Assembly (NCBI GenBank): GCA_035291225.1
Contig: DATDSO010000010.1
Location: 11,163-75,162 of the forward strand
Direction: 5' to 3'
Source: an archaeon
GTDB lineage: Archaea; Aenigmatarchaeota; Aenigmatarchaeia; Aenigmatarchaeales; JACQIB01
Length of the DNA: 64,000 nt
The notes under the pieces are model-generated. The model was given only the letters and a program-made list of their open reading frames with translations, was not told the DNA's origin and made no database searches. Below, piece after piece: positions 9,005-17,696 of the stretch. The stretch's first letter is position 1. Every line of letters starts with the position of its first letter. The position numbers and the translations under genes were made by a program.

Positions 9005-10414
9005 TTAGTAATCTGGAATTTCCATTGCCTCTTGCAAATTAGCTTCTGTCAAAACTCCCAGATTTTTCAGCATTTCTATCATTCCGGCTTTTGAATTTCC
9101 TTGGCAGTCTTGCATTAGCTCTTTCCAATACGGTGGTCCTAGTGCTACTTCTAATCTTTTCTTAACTTCACCCAATTCCCCATGTCGTACAATCAGTGTT
9201 TGATTATCAAACATTCTCGGAGACAGAATTGCTGCATTTTTAGGAGCAGAAACAAAATCTATAGTTTCCCTCTTTGCTCCAATAAATTCAAGGTGTTTCA
9301 CTGCAAGCTCTGCTGGAATTTGGGTTGTCCTCATTTTATGCTCTACGCAATCAAGTCCCTGTTCGCTTGCTGCGGATGCAAATGCTTTTGTTATGTAATC
9401 CCTATGCGTAGGATTCACGCCAGCATTTATCAAAACCGCCCGCGCGTTTTTTCTTTCTTTCAGCTTTCGGAAAAATGCTTCTGCAACTTCTGTTCTATTG
9501 AAAAAATTTTCCGGGTGATACGCGTCTTGGCTCGTACGAGTATTTGCCTGCGAGCCTAACAACAACTTCTGCGCTTCATCAATAATTAATGCATCTGCTG
9601 ATGCCGGCTCTGCATGCAATGTTGGACTCTCGTGTCTGAAGAGTTCTCCCAAAATAACTTCAGCAGAAGTTGCGTCCGAAAGCCCGTGTCCGCTTTTCAT
9701 CAGAGGTCTATAATTTCTGGATTCAATTTCTCTTTTCATATTTACCATTAAGTTAAAACTTTTTCCCGAGCCGCGCTGGCCGCTTGCCACAACAACTTTG
9801 CCTCGGTCTAAATCATCCGCAATTTCTTTTGCTTCTGGAATGTAAAGCCTTCGGAAATAAACCCAAATATCATGGTTTCCTTTGATGGGCTCTCCGGGCG
9901 GTATTTCCGGCGCAGGAATTTTTCCGCCAAGTTTTTTAATCGGGGATTTGTTGGGTTCCCCATTGTTCAAACTAGAAAGGTAATCGTTAATAGCATTTTC
10001 CACGCCCGCGCCTTTCAGAGAAAATGTATTTGAAACTCTGCTTAAAGGAGCATCAGTCCCATAGTAAGCATAGAGCAGAGCTTCTACTCGGGCTAAAAAA
10101 TCTTTTCCGGTTAGCTTCATGTGAATTTCACGCACTTCTGTAAACACCATGGGAAACCTGTAAGTGCCGTCAACAAACTGCGCAAATGCTTCTTCAGGCA
10201 TATACGGAAGAGCCTGCCTCAATTCGTGCTCTAACTCAACATAAGCAAGATCAGAGAAGCGCTCGGAATATCTAAGTGGAACTTTCCCGTCTCCATATCT
10301 CCTGCGGAAGCTTCCGATCTTTTCTGCTTGGGCATCCCTGCCTGACTTGCGCAAAATATTTTCCCATTTTTGCATTACCATTGCTTCTGGCATAAAAATC
10401 AAATTTAATCTCAC
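9005..10414 (-). CDS. P-loop NTPase of unknown function
   Basis: Walker A VVVASGQRGSGKSF and Walker B ALIIDEAQKLL. Start uncertain: GTG 10414 lies about 31 nt from TATA 10442-10449, the first ATG is 10393, and the ORF track starts at 10477. Composition looks atypical. Confidence 0.6.
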   Translation of the reverse strand: MRLNLIFMPEAMVMQKWENILRKSGRDAQAEKIGSFRRRYGDGKVPLRYSERFSDLAYVELEHELRQALPYMPEEAFAQFVDGTYRFPMVFTEVREIHMKLTGKDFLARVEALLYAYYGTDAPLSRVSNTFSLKGAGVENAINDYLSSLNNGEPNKSPIKKLGGKIPAPEIPPGEPIKGNHDIWVYFRRLYIPEAKEIADDLDRGKVVVASGQRGSGKSFNLMVNMKREIESRNYRPLMKSGHGLSDATSAEVILGELFRHESPTLHAEPASADALIIDEAQKLLLGSQANTRTSQDAYHPENFFNRTEVAEAFFRKLKERKNARAVLINAGVNPTHRDYITKAFASAASEQGLDCVEHKMRTTQIPAELAVKHLEFIGAKRETIDFVSAPKNAAILSPRMFDNQTLIVRHGELGEVKKRLEVALGPPYWKELMQDCQGNSKAGMIEMLKNLGVLTEANLQEAMEIPDY

Positions 10415-10534
10415 TACCCCAAAAGAGTATAGATAGCAATCTATAAATAGATGTGGGTTTCCTCTGGAAAGCTTCATAAACTACAAAAGCAATTATGCAT
10501 CAGACGATGCATTTTTGCATAAGGCGATATTTTT

Positions 10535-11215
10535 ATGCCACACGCTGAAACCATAATTATTTCCCTCGGCGGCTCGCTGGTTGTTCCGGAGGAAATTGAT
10601 TTGGATTTTCTGAAAAAATTCCGCGAGCTTGTTTTGCGCCACAGCAAAAACAAAAAATTTGTTTTGATGGTGGGGGGCGGGAAAACCGCAAGGAACTACC
10701 AAAAAGCAGCAGGGGAATTTTCTGCCAGCAATTTTGATTCTGACATGATTGGAATTATGGCAACAAGGCTGAACGCAGAATTGGTGCGTGCAATTTTCAG
10801 CAAGGAAGCATACAAAAAAATAATTTACAACCCGACTGAAAAAATAAAATTCTCAGAGAAAATTTTAGTGGCAGCTGGCTGGGAGCCCGGCTGCTCAACT
10901 GACTTTGATGCGGTTTTAATCGCGAAAAATTTTGGGGCAAAAACAGTAATTAATTTATCCAACATTGATTATGTCTATGACAAAAATCCAAAAGAATTTC
11001 CAGACGCGGCTCCGATTGAAAAAATTTCCTGGAAAGATTACAGAAAAATGTTTAGCGGCACATGGACTCCGGGATTCAACAGCCCGTTTGACCCGGTTGC
11101 CGCAAAGGAAGCGCAGAAGCTAAAGCTGAAAGTTATTATTGCCAACGGAAAGAATTTGGAAAATCTTGAGAGGGTTTTGAGAGTGGAGGGGTTTGTTGGA
11201 ACGGAAATATTCTAA
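10535..11215 (+). CDS. pyrH: UMP kinase, archaeal type
   Basis: IIISLGGSLVVP.., ..MVGGGKTARNY.., ..AAGWEPGCSTDFDAVLIA..; 226 aa, typical archaeal PyrH. Confidence 0.85.
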   Translation: MPHAETIIISLGGSLVVPEEIDLDFLKKFRELVLRHSKNKKFVLMVGGGKTARNYQKAAGEFSASNFDSDMIGIMATRLNAELVRAIFSKEAYKKIIYNPTEKIKFSEKILVAAGWEPGCSTDFDAVLIAKNFGAKTVINLSNIDYVYDKNPKEFPDAAPIEKISWKDYRKMFSGTWTPGFNSPFDPVAAKEAQKLKLKVIIANGKNLENLERVLRVEGFVGTEIF

Positions 11216-11877
11216 ACAACAACTTCCGCCGCGCCCCGCATAGAAAGCAAGCCAGCAACTTCTGGCGGAACTTCTGCTGTTTGCCCATTGGCGAACGGCC
11301 CATAGTAATTCAAGTCCGCGCCTACGAATTGCGGCAAATCCATAAGCAATTTTATTTTTCTAAAATCGGGTTTTGGAATTTCTTTTGGAATCTCCGGAGC
11401 CGCAGGCGGCTGCGCGTCTAATTTTTCAGAAGCGATTTCGGAAATTTCTCTATTGTGTGTTGCAGAGATATTTTCATTCGAGCCATTTTTTTCTGATGTT
11501 TCAATTTTTGGGGCTTCCATAATTTGGTTTGAATTTTTTACTTCCTCAACCAATTTCCTTGCCTCGGAAATTTTTTCTTCAACAAATTTGTCATAGCTCC
11601 ACATTTGCTGCTGAATTTCGTTTTTGAAATTCTTCAAGCTTAAAATCATAATATCAAAAAACTTCTGCTCTTCTAAAGTCAGCCCATCCGGCGGAATATT
11701 TCCGCGGACAGTGTGCAGAGCAGCAAGAACAATTTTTTTCTCGCGCCGATTCACGAGCTCTTCAAGAATTTTTTTCGCGCTCTCAACTTCAAGCATGGAC
11801 TGCGTGTCCCTTCTGGAGCTTTTGTGTTCAATCCATTGGCGCACTGCTGAAAAAAATCCCGCAGGAAGCTTCTGCAA
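11212..11877 (-). CDS. GINS subunit (Gins51-like)
   Basis: LQKLPAGFFSAVRQWI.., ..NRREKKIVLAAL...LTLEEQKFF.. (A domain) and C-terminal ..MDLPQFVGADLNYYGPFANGQTAEVPPEVAGLLSMRGAAEVV (B domain). TTG start; homology seems to continue upstream (see findings). Confidence 0.65.
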   Translation of the reverse strand: MQKLPAGFFSAVRQWIEHKSSRRDTQSMLEVESAKKILEELVNRREKKIVLAALHTVRGNIPPDGLTLEEQKFFDIMILSLKNFKNEIQQQMWSYDKFVEEKISEARKLVEEVKNSNQIMEAPKIETSEKNGSNENISATHNREISEIASEKLDAQPPAAPEIPKEIPKPDFRKIKLLMDLPQFVGADLNYYGPFANGQTAEVPPEVAGLLSMRGAAEVVV

Positions 11878-12045
11878 TTTCTCCTCTTTCTCAGCTCGGT
11901 GCGCGGCGCGAATTGTTTCATAGGTTATTATTTCTGCAATAAAAATCGCCTCATGATTTTTATGGACTGCAGAAGGCTTTAAGCTTTCTGCTGGACCATA
12001 GAAGGTCGAAAATAATTCGAACTAAAAGTTTATAAAACTATTAAT

Positions 12046-15000
12046 TTATTGTGGTTGAGGCGTTGCAGCAGGCTGAGTTGTAGAAGCCTTTGCGGAAATC
12101 TTTTTGAAGACAAAGAATGCTGCGCCTGCTAAAATAACTAAAACAACTGCGCCGACTGCAATAAATTCTGTCCCACCAGAAGACGGCAAAGTTGTTATTG
12201 TTTCTGTGGTGGAGATTGTTGACAAAGGCGGGCGTGTTGTTGTTAATTCTATGGTTGTAACTGTAGAAGGCAGCATTTCACCGGTAATAAGTTTAGCCTG
12301 CACTTCAAAAGTTTTTGTAGCAGTTGTTATCGTATTGCCATCGACATCTGTTACAATACCATACCACGAAACAGTTCCAGTGTAGCCATTGTCGTTGGAC
12401 CATGTATATGAAGCTGAACTTTCGTTTCCGCTAAATTTTTGTGTTGATCTTAAAACAAAATCACCGCTCTCTTTAACAAAAAATTGGGCTGTATCGAGCT
12501 CTATATTATCTTTCGCGTTTACTGTCAGTTTGTTATTTCCATCAAAAGTTATGGATTCCGACTGCTCCGTTTGTCCAGTGTAAGATGGTTTTTCTGTGTC
12601 TTTGTTTATGTTAACTTCAGGATCAACGATTCCCTCATTGCCATAAACATCAACAGCAGTCATATACCAAGTTAACTTGCTTAGCCCTTCCTTTCTAGGA
12701 ACTCTATAATCAAATTCTATCCAACCTTCTTTAAAGCCGGCCTCGAATGTTTTTGTTTCAATAAAAGTTGGACCTTCTCCCAAATCCACATAAAGCTTCG
12801 CCTCTTTGATGTCGGACTCATCTTTCCAGTATTTTGAAAATCTCATTGTCTGACCATAGACTGCTTGCTTCGGTGTTCTGTCTTCTGTCCATTGCGGAGG
12901 ATTTTCAATTTTGAATCTTGTAATATTAGATTTTGTTTCTAAACCAACAGCATCTTTTGCTGATACGCTTATTTCAACATCACTATTCTCAGCTAGATTT
13001 GGACTCGGAATATAATCATAATTAATACAATTTCTTATGCCTGCAGTATTCTTCAGAGAGTCTTGCTGTTTTGCAGTGTCTGCTGGCTGCGTTGTTACAG
13101 TTGTTGTAGTTCCCGCAACTGCGGTTGTTCCCGGAACTGTTGTGGTCGTTGTGCTGCCACTCGGCTGTGCTGTGTTGTCATTAGTTTGTATTTGGGCTTC
13201 ATTTACATTAAAAGCTCCACTTATTGATCCCGAAGCAGAAGCTGAAGAAGCTTGCTGAGCAACACCAACCGAAGATGCGCTTCCAGCAGTTGTTGTGGTT
13301 GTGCTAGTCGAAGAAGATGGACTCGGCAGCGCATTTTCTTTTACGCTAATTTTATACGATGCCGGATTTATGTTCCAGTCTTTCATGCACGCCTTGAATC
13401 GTATACTTTCCTTCAGAACTGTGCTTACTTTTGTTGCATTTATTCTTATGCTAGTGATTTCAGGAGGCTCGATATCTTTCACCCTAAATAATTTTTGAGA
13501 AGCCTTTGCCACATTCCCAACTTTATCATAGGCTGTAATATTCCAAACCACTGCAGAGCCGGGCATTATTCTATCATGATAGCCAGAGGAGAAATCTCCG
13601 CCGCCTATACCGCCGGTTCTTGAACCAGATCCCTCGACAACGTCTCTAAAAATTCTGTCTCTTATGATATTATTTACACTCAACAGTTTCCTTCCTACTA
13701 TCATTAAACTCTCATCATCATTTGCAGAGCTTGGTTGCTGCTCTCTTGGAGTCGGTATAGAAATTTCAAAATCTACTGTTGTTTGCGTTTTCACTCCTTT
13801 CTGATTGGAATATCTGTCGCCTACTATCACAGTAGAATTCAAATCCAATATAACTGTTGAAAGTCCGTTGCATCTGCTTTGTGGGTCTTTTGTGGTGTCA
13901 GCTTTATCCTGCCAAACTGTTCTTAATTTTATTTTTGTTCCGGGAATTAGTTCTGGCAAATCACCGCTCAGCGGATTTCCACTGGAGTCTAAAATCTGCT
14001 GTGAAATAAGCTGCGGCGGGTTTGCATCATAAATTCCGTTTGGATCTTGGCAGAGTGGATCAAGAGTAAATGTTGATTCAGTGCTTTTTTTCTCGTTGCC
14101 AGCTTTATCTTTAGCAAGAAGATACCATTTAACAATATATTGCTGATTTAGAGGGCTTGCAACATATGCCAGATAATCATTCTTGTCTAGTGTTATACTT
14201 CTTTTATCAGAAGTCTGTGTGTAAAAATATGTGACCTTTTTGTTCACAACTTCTTTTCCATTGAGAAAAACTGAAACAGACTCCAATCCAGTTTCCTGAT
14301 CGCCGGCATTAAACATTATTGTCGCTCGCTGGTTTGCTGAAAGGGCTGTAGGCGAGTCTGCAACCGAAAGTGTCGGCGCAACATCATCTAAGATAACAAG
14401 TTGGCCATAATCTTCATCTGCCGCTGTGTTCAAATCTGGCGCTGAAACAGAGTTGCTTTCTGTATCTTTCGCGCGGGCAAACCAAGTTATTGCTGAGCCT
14501 TTTTTAGCGTCGGTTGGGATTTTTAGAAGCCAGCTTAATTCTTTTGTGTCATCGTTAACGGTTTCCGTATGAGAGTCATGAACCCAGCTTCCATCTGTTT
14601 TTTGATAATCCCACTCAAAAACAATTTCAGAAAGCCTCACGTTATCCCTGCAGCTTACTGTCAGTTGCTTGTTTTCACCCTGCTTTATCGCTACAGAATT
14701 TTTATTTTTGAGTTCGCAAGTTGGTGACGTGACATCTTTCACCATGAAATAATCTGTGTAAAAATTAGATTTCTGATCTGCTGCATCTTTTGTTTCAGCA
14801 TAGAATCTGAATTTTTTTCCTTCTTGCGTTGTGCCTGCGCTCAGCGCCGCTTGTCTGCAGCTGCTATCGCAATCTATGTAATCGTTTACATATCCGTCTA
14901 TCTGACCCCCTGTTATCTGAACTGGCTTGCCCCCTTCTGCTTCTATGTAAAAGTTTGTTATTTTCAAATTTCCTTTCTCGTCTCCTTTTTCGGTGAAGTC

Positions 15001-17568
15001 GTCTGTGCATCTTGCTTGAAGAGACTTAACGCTATTTGGATTGATTTTCACTATTGGATCTTCAGTTCCTATATCAAGTTCGCATTGGGGAGGCTGGGAA
15101 TCTTTTGGCGGAGGTGCTTCAACTATTTTTATTTCTTTCAGTGTAGCAGGCTCTGCTGTTTCTGAGTCTTTCGAAACTTTCCCTTCAGCTGTTCCAGCAA
15201 TGCCCCTTCCCATAATGTCTACTTTAATATTATTTCCCACATCAGATTTTGTTGGCTGGCATGAAAGTCTTAACTTGAAGATTGAAGCGGCCAGCAGAGG
15301 GTTTGGATTGTCTATAAGCATTTTGCATTGCGAGGCTCTCATTCCTTGCAGCTTTATTCCAAGAGCCCCTGAAACGACATCATACTCTGTCGGCGTTATT
15401 GTGGAGCCTCTCTGCGCAACACTATCAAAAATAATTTTTTCAGATAAACTTTCTTTTGCAACAGTTTCTTTTGAAACAATTTTCAGCTGTTCCTTTGTGA
15501 CTGGAATTCCGGCTCCCCGCAAAATTCGCACAGCATTGTCGAGCTTGGCGTCTTCTGTTTCAATTGCTCTTTTGGCAAGTTCTTCTGTTATCAGACCATG
15601 ACTTGTAGCAACTTTTACAATTGTTTTGAGCTGGTCTGGAGTGAGAGAAATTCTTTGAGTTGCAAGGTCTTTGCTGACTTTATCAAAAACACTTTTGAAA
15701 CCATCGACTCCTTTAAGGGCAAGTTCCCTTGTTGCAACATCGGAAGCTATCATGGATTTCGCAATAACTTCCAAATTTTCCCTGCTAACTTGAACTCCTT
15801 TATTATAAAGCTCTTTTGAAACAGAATCTAATTTATCTTTTGAATTTTCCAAACCTTTATTAGCGAGATTTGTTGTTGTCACGCCGGCATTTACCAAAGC
15901 GCTCCTTGTAGTTTCTAGTTGCTGGCGTGTCAGTGTAATTTGTTTTTCCGCCAAATCTTTAGTAACAGCCTCTGCTGTATTTATTTCTTGTTCGTTTGTT
16001 AATATACCGACATTTAACAAGCCTGTTATAATCAATTGTTTTGTTATTGTATCAAGTTGCTCCGGTGTCAGAGATATCTGGGCTTTCAAAGAATTAGAAA
16101 CCTGCACAAGCTTGTCGCGCGAACTTTCAAGGCCTTTTTGCGCGAGCTGATATTTTGTAACCTCAGCGGCAACAAGCGTTTTTATTATAACTTCTGTCTG
16201 CACGCGGGTGTAAGTTGCGCCGCCGACAATTTTATTTTTAGAATCATTATAAACCTGATTAATCTTGTCGCTGGAATATTCCACTCCTTTGATTGCGAGT
16301 TCTCTTGTAGTCACGCCAGCTTCAGTAAGCATCTTATAAGCAATCTGTAGCTGTTGATATGTTGTCGGAACTTTTACTCCCTGCAAAGTTTTCACGGCCG
16401 CATCAAGTTTGTTTTTTTCATTTTCTACTCCCTTCCACGCAAGGTCGCGAGCTGTCAAGCCCGAATCCGAAAGGGTTTTCGCAATTTTATCGAGAGTTTG
16501 TGTGCTTGTCTGCACCCCTTTTGAACTAAGATCTTTTGATACGCCGATAAAATCATTGAACTTTGTCTGCGCAGTTCTCGCAATTTCAGAAGTCTTTGTG
16601 GAAAAGAAATCTAAATTAATTGGCATTGTCGGACCAGCTATCTTTGGCAGCCAAGAAAAAGAAAGAAAATTTTGCTTTTGCTGAGGTGGTGGAGAAGTTT
16701 TCTTTGCAGCCGGCGGTGGTGTTGTTGGTTTTTCTCTGCCAACCGCAGAATTTTTCATGCAGAGGCCAAAGCTGTTTAATTTAGAGTTCTGCCAAAAACA
16801 AGTCGCAGCATCGCTCGGGCATCTATATCCGCTGGCTCCGCAGGCATCTCCATAATTATCCTTATTTTTTGAGGATGAAACAAGAACAGACAAGTCTGGG
16901 AGTTGTTTGATTTCAACTTCCATTTTCACCTGACCAAAACGAACGAATGGATTATGATAAATTTCTTCGTTTTGAGCGCAGCCTGCTGCTATACAATAAA
17001 CTCCCTCTTCTGTCGGAAGCTCTATAAAATCTGTTTCAGCTTTTAATCCCTGATTATTTGTGTTTTCACAATCGACTTCCCCGGTTGTTATACCACCCGC
17101 ATTGATGCATCCGTATAAAGGAGTGCATATTGTGCCATGTGTTTTACAATCTCTGCCGGCGTAATTTGAAACAACCTCTGCATCTTTGTAATTTTTTGCA
17201 TTACATGGACCTTTAACAATAGAAACGCCTGCTGAAAGTTGGATCGTTCCCCTAGAAGTTGCTGGAAGGTCCAGAGCCCTGTCCCTGCAGTTGATTTTTT
17301 CCGCAGATATTTTAACCTTCTCTCCGGCGTTAAAAAGCCTTATTTTATCTGTTACATCATATTTTCGCGGACCTTCTGTGGCAACCTGTAGCTTCTGCCC
17401 ACCCGAAGCAGTGACAGTCAGATAGCCGCTCGCAGCGCTGTACTGCGCTTGAGAAACCGATTCCGCCTGCGGCGTGTTCGTATTATATCCCGCGATGTAT
17501 AAGGTTACAAGAAAAATAAATAATGTTGCGATAATCGGAAGTGAATTATTTCTTTCTTTTTTAGACAT
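12046..17568 (-). CDS. Giant surface protein (1840 aa): Cys-rich head, helical tandem repeats, about 7 Ig-like modules, Thr-linkers, C-terminal TM anchor
   Basis: N-terminal anchor ..SLPIIATLFIFLVTLYIAGY. Modules start with D..pP(t/q) motifs (DVTSPTCEL, DDVAPTLSV, DIEPPEITS, ENPPQWT, DTEKPSYT). C-terminus ..GGTEFIAVGAVVLVILAGAAFFVFKK plus a TTQPAATPQPQ tail. Confidence 0.8.
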   Translation of the reverse strand: MSKKERNNSLPIIATLFIFLVTLYIAGYNTNTPQAESVSQAQYSAASGYLTVTASGGQKLQVATEGPRKYDVTDKIRLFNAGEKVKISAEKINCRDRALDLPATSRGTIQLSAGVSIVKGPCNAKNYKDAEVVSNYAGRDCKTHGTICTPLYGCINAGGITTGEVDCENTNNQGLKAETDFIELPTEEGVYCIAAGCAQNEEIYHNPFVRFGQVKMEVEIKQLPDLSVLVSSSKNKDNYGDACGASGYRCPSDAATCFWQNSKLNSFGLCMKNSAVGREKPTTPPPAAKKTSPPPQQKQNFLSFSWLPKIAGPTMPINLDFFSTKTSEIARTAQTKFNDFIGVSKDLSSKGVQTSTQTLDKIAKTLSDSGLTARDLAWKGVENEKNKLDAAVKTLQGVKVPTTYQQLQIAYKMLTEAGVTTRELAIKGVEYSSDKINQVYNDSKNKIVGGATYTRVQTEVIIKTLVAAEVTKYQLAQKGLESSRDKLVQVSNSLKAQISLTPEQLDTITKQLIITGLLNVGILTNEQEINTAEAVTKDLAEKQITLTRQQLETTRSALVNAGVTTTNLANKGLENSKDKLDSVSKELYNKGVQVSRENLEVIAKSMIASDVATRELALKGVDGFKSVFDKVSKDLATQRISLTPDQLKTIVKVATSHGLITEELAKRAIETEDAKLDNAVRILRGAGIPVTKEQLKIVSKETVAKESLSEKIIFDSVAQRGSTITPTEYDVVSGALGIKLQGMRASQCKMLIDNPNPLLAASIFKLRLSCQPTKSDVGNNIKVDIMGRGIAGTAEGKVSKDSETAEPATLKEIKIVEAPPPKDSQPPQCELDIGTEDPIVKINPNSVKSLQARCTDDFTEKGDEKGNLKITNFYIEAEGGKPVQITGGQIDGYVNDYIDCDSSCRQAALSAGTTQEGKKFRFYAETKDAADQKSNFYTDYFMVKDVTSPTCELKNKNSVAIKQGENKQLTVSCRDNVRLSEIVFEWDYQKTDGSWVHDSHTETVNDDTKELSWLLKIPTDAKKGSAITWFARAKDTESNSVSAPDLNTAADEDYGQLVILDDVAPTLSVADSPTALSANQRATIMFNAGDQETGLESVSVFLNGKEVVNKKVTYFYTQTSDKRSITLDKNDYLAYVASPLNQQYIVKWYLLAKDKAGNEKKSTESTFTLDPLCQDPNGIYDANPPQLISQQILDSSGNPLSGDLPELIPGTKIKLRTVWQDKADTTKDPQSRCNGLSTVILDLNSTVIVGDRYSNQKGVKTQTTVDFEISIPTPREQQPSSANDDESLMIVGRKLLSVNNIIRDRIFRDVVEGSGSRTGGIGGGDFSSGYHDRIMPGSAVVWNITAYDKVGNVAKASQKLFRVKDIEPPEITSIRINATKVSTVLKESIRFKACMKDWNINPASYKISVKENALPSPSSSTSTTTTTAGSASSVGVAQQASSASASGSISGAFNVNEAQIQTNDNTAQPSGSTTTTTVPGTTAVAGTTTTVTTQPADTAKQQDSLKNTAGIRNCINYDYIPSPNLAENSDVEISVSAKDAVGLETKSNITRFKIENPPQWTEDRTPKQAVYGQTMRFSKYWKDESDIKEAKLYVDLGEGPTFIETKTFEAGFKEGWIEFDYRVPRKEGLSKLTWYMTAVDVYGNEGIVDPEVNINKDTEKPSYTGQTEQSESITFDGNNKLTVNAKDNIELDTAQFFVKESGDFVLRSTQKFSGNESSASYTWSNDNGYTGTVSWYGIVTDVDGNTITTATKTFEVQAKLITGEMLPSTVTTIELTTTRPPLSTISTTETITTLPSSGGTEFIAVGAVVLVILAGAAFFVFKKISAKASTTQPAATPQPQ
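15411..16551 (-). repeat. About 6 tandem 60-65-aa helical repeats inside the giant surface protein
   Basis: Recurrent unit ..VSKDL..KGVQ.S...L..IAK.L...GvT.reLA.KGvE.s.DKL.. (for example LTARDLAWKGVENEKNKLD, TTRELAIKGVEYSSDKIN, TKYQLAQKGLESSRDKLV, TTTNLANKGLENSKDKLD, ATRELALKGVDGFKSVFD). Confidence 0.6.
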
Positions 17569-17595
17569 TTAATCGAAATCTATTCAATTTTGAAA

Positions 17596-17603
17596 CTTAT
17601 AAA
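17596..17603 (-). promoter_or_regulatory. TATA box of the giant surface protein gene
   Basis: CTTATAAA (minus strand TTTATAAG) about 31 nt upstream of ATG 17568. Confidence 0.45.
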
Positions 17604-17667
17604 TGTTCTTTTTCAATTTTTTATCGTTCATTAATAACAAAGAATAATTCTCTATTCTGTTTATTGT

Positions 17668-17675
17668 TTTATAAA
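17668..17675 (+). promoter_or_regulatory. TATA box (TTTATAAA) of CARDB lipoprotein 1
   Basis: Box centre is 25.5 nt from ATG 17697. Context GTTTTATAAATAGATTTT is repeated upstream of the paralogue. Confidence 0.55.
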
Positions 17676-17696
17676 TAGATTTTTGCAAGCATTTGC

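Noticed and set aside
10440-10477. Shared GNPHLF peptide / GGAAACCC(A/G)CAT(C/T)TATTT between the 5' extension of ORF 9005..10477 and gene 27748..28146 (about 28057)
   Set aside because: This is an 18-nt match with 2 mismatches, partly AT-rich TATA-like sequence. It is likely chance, and the 10477 extension is probably untranslated.
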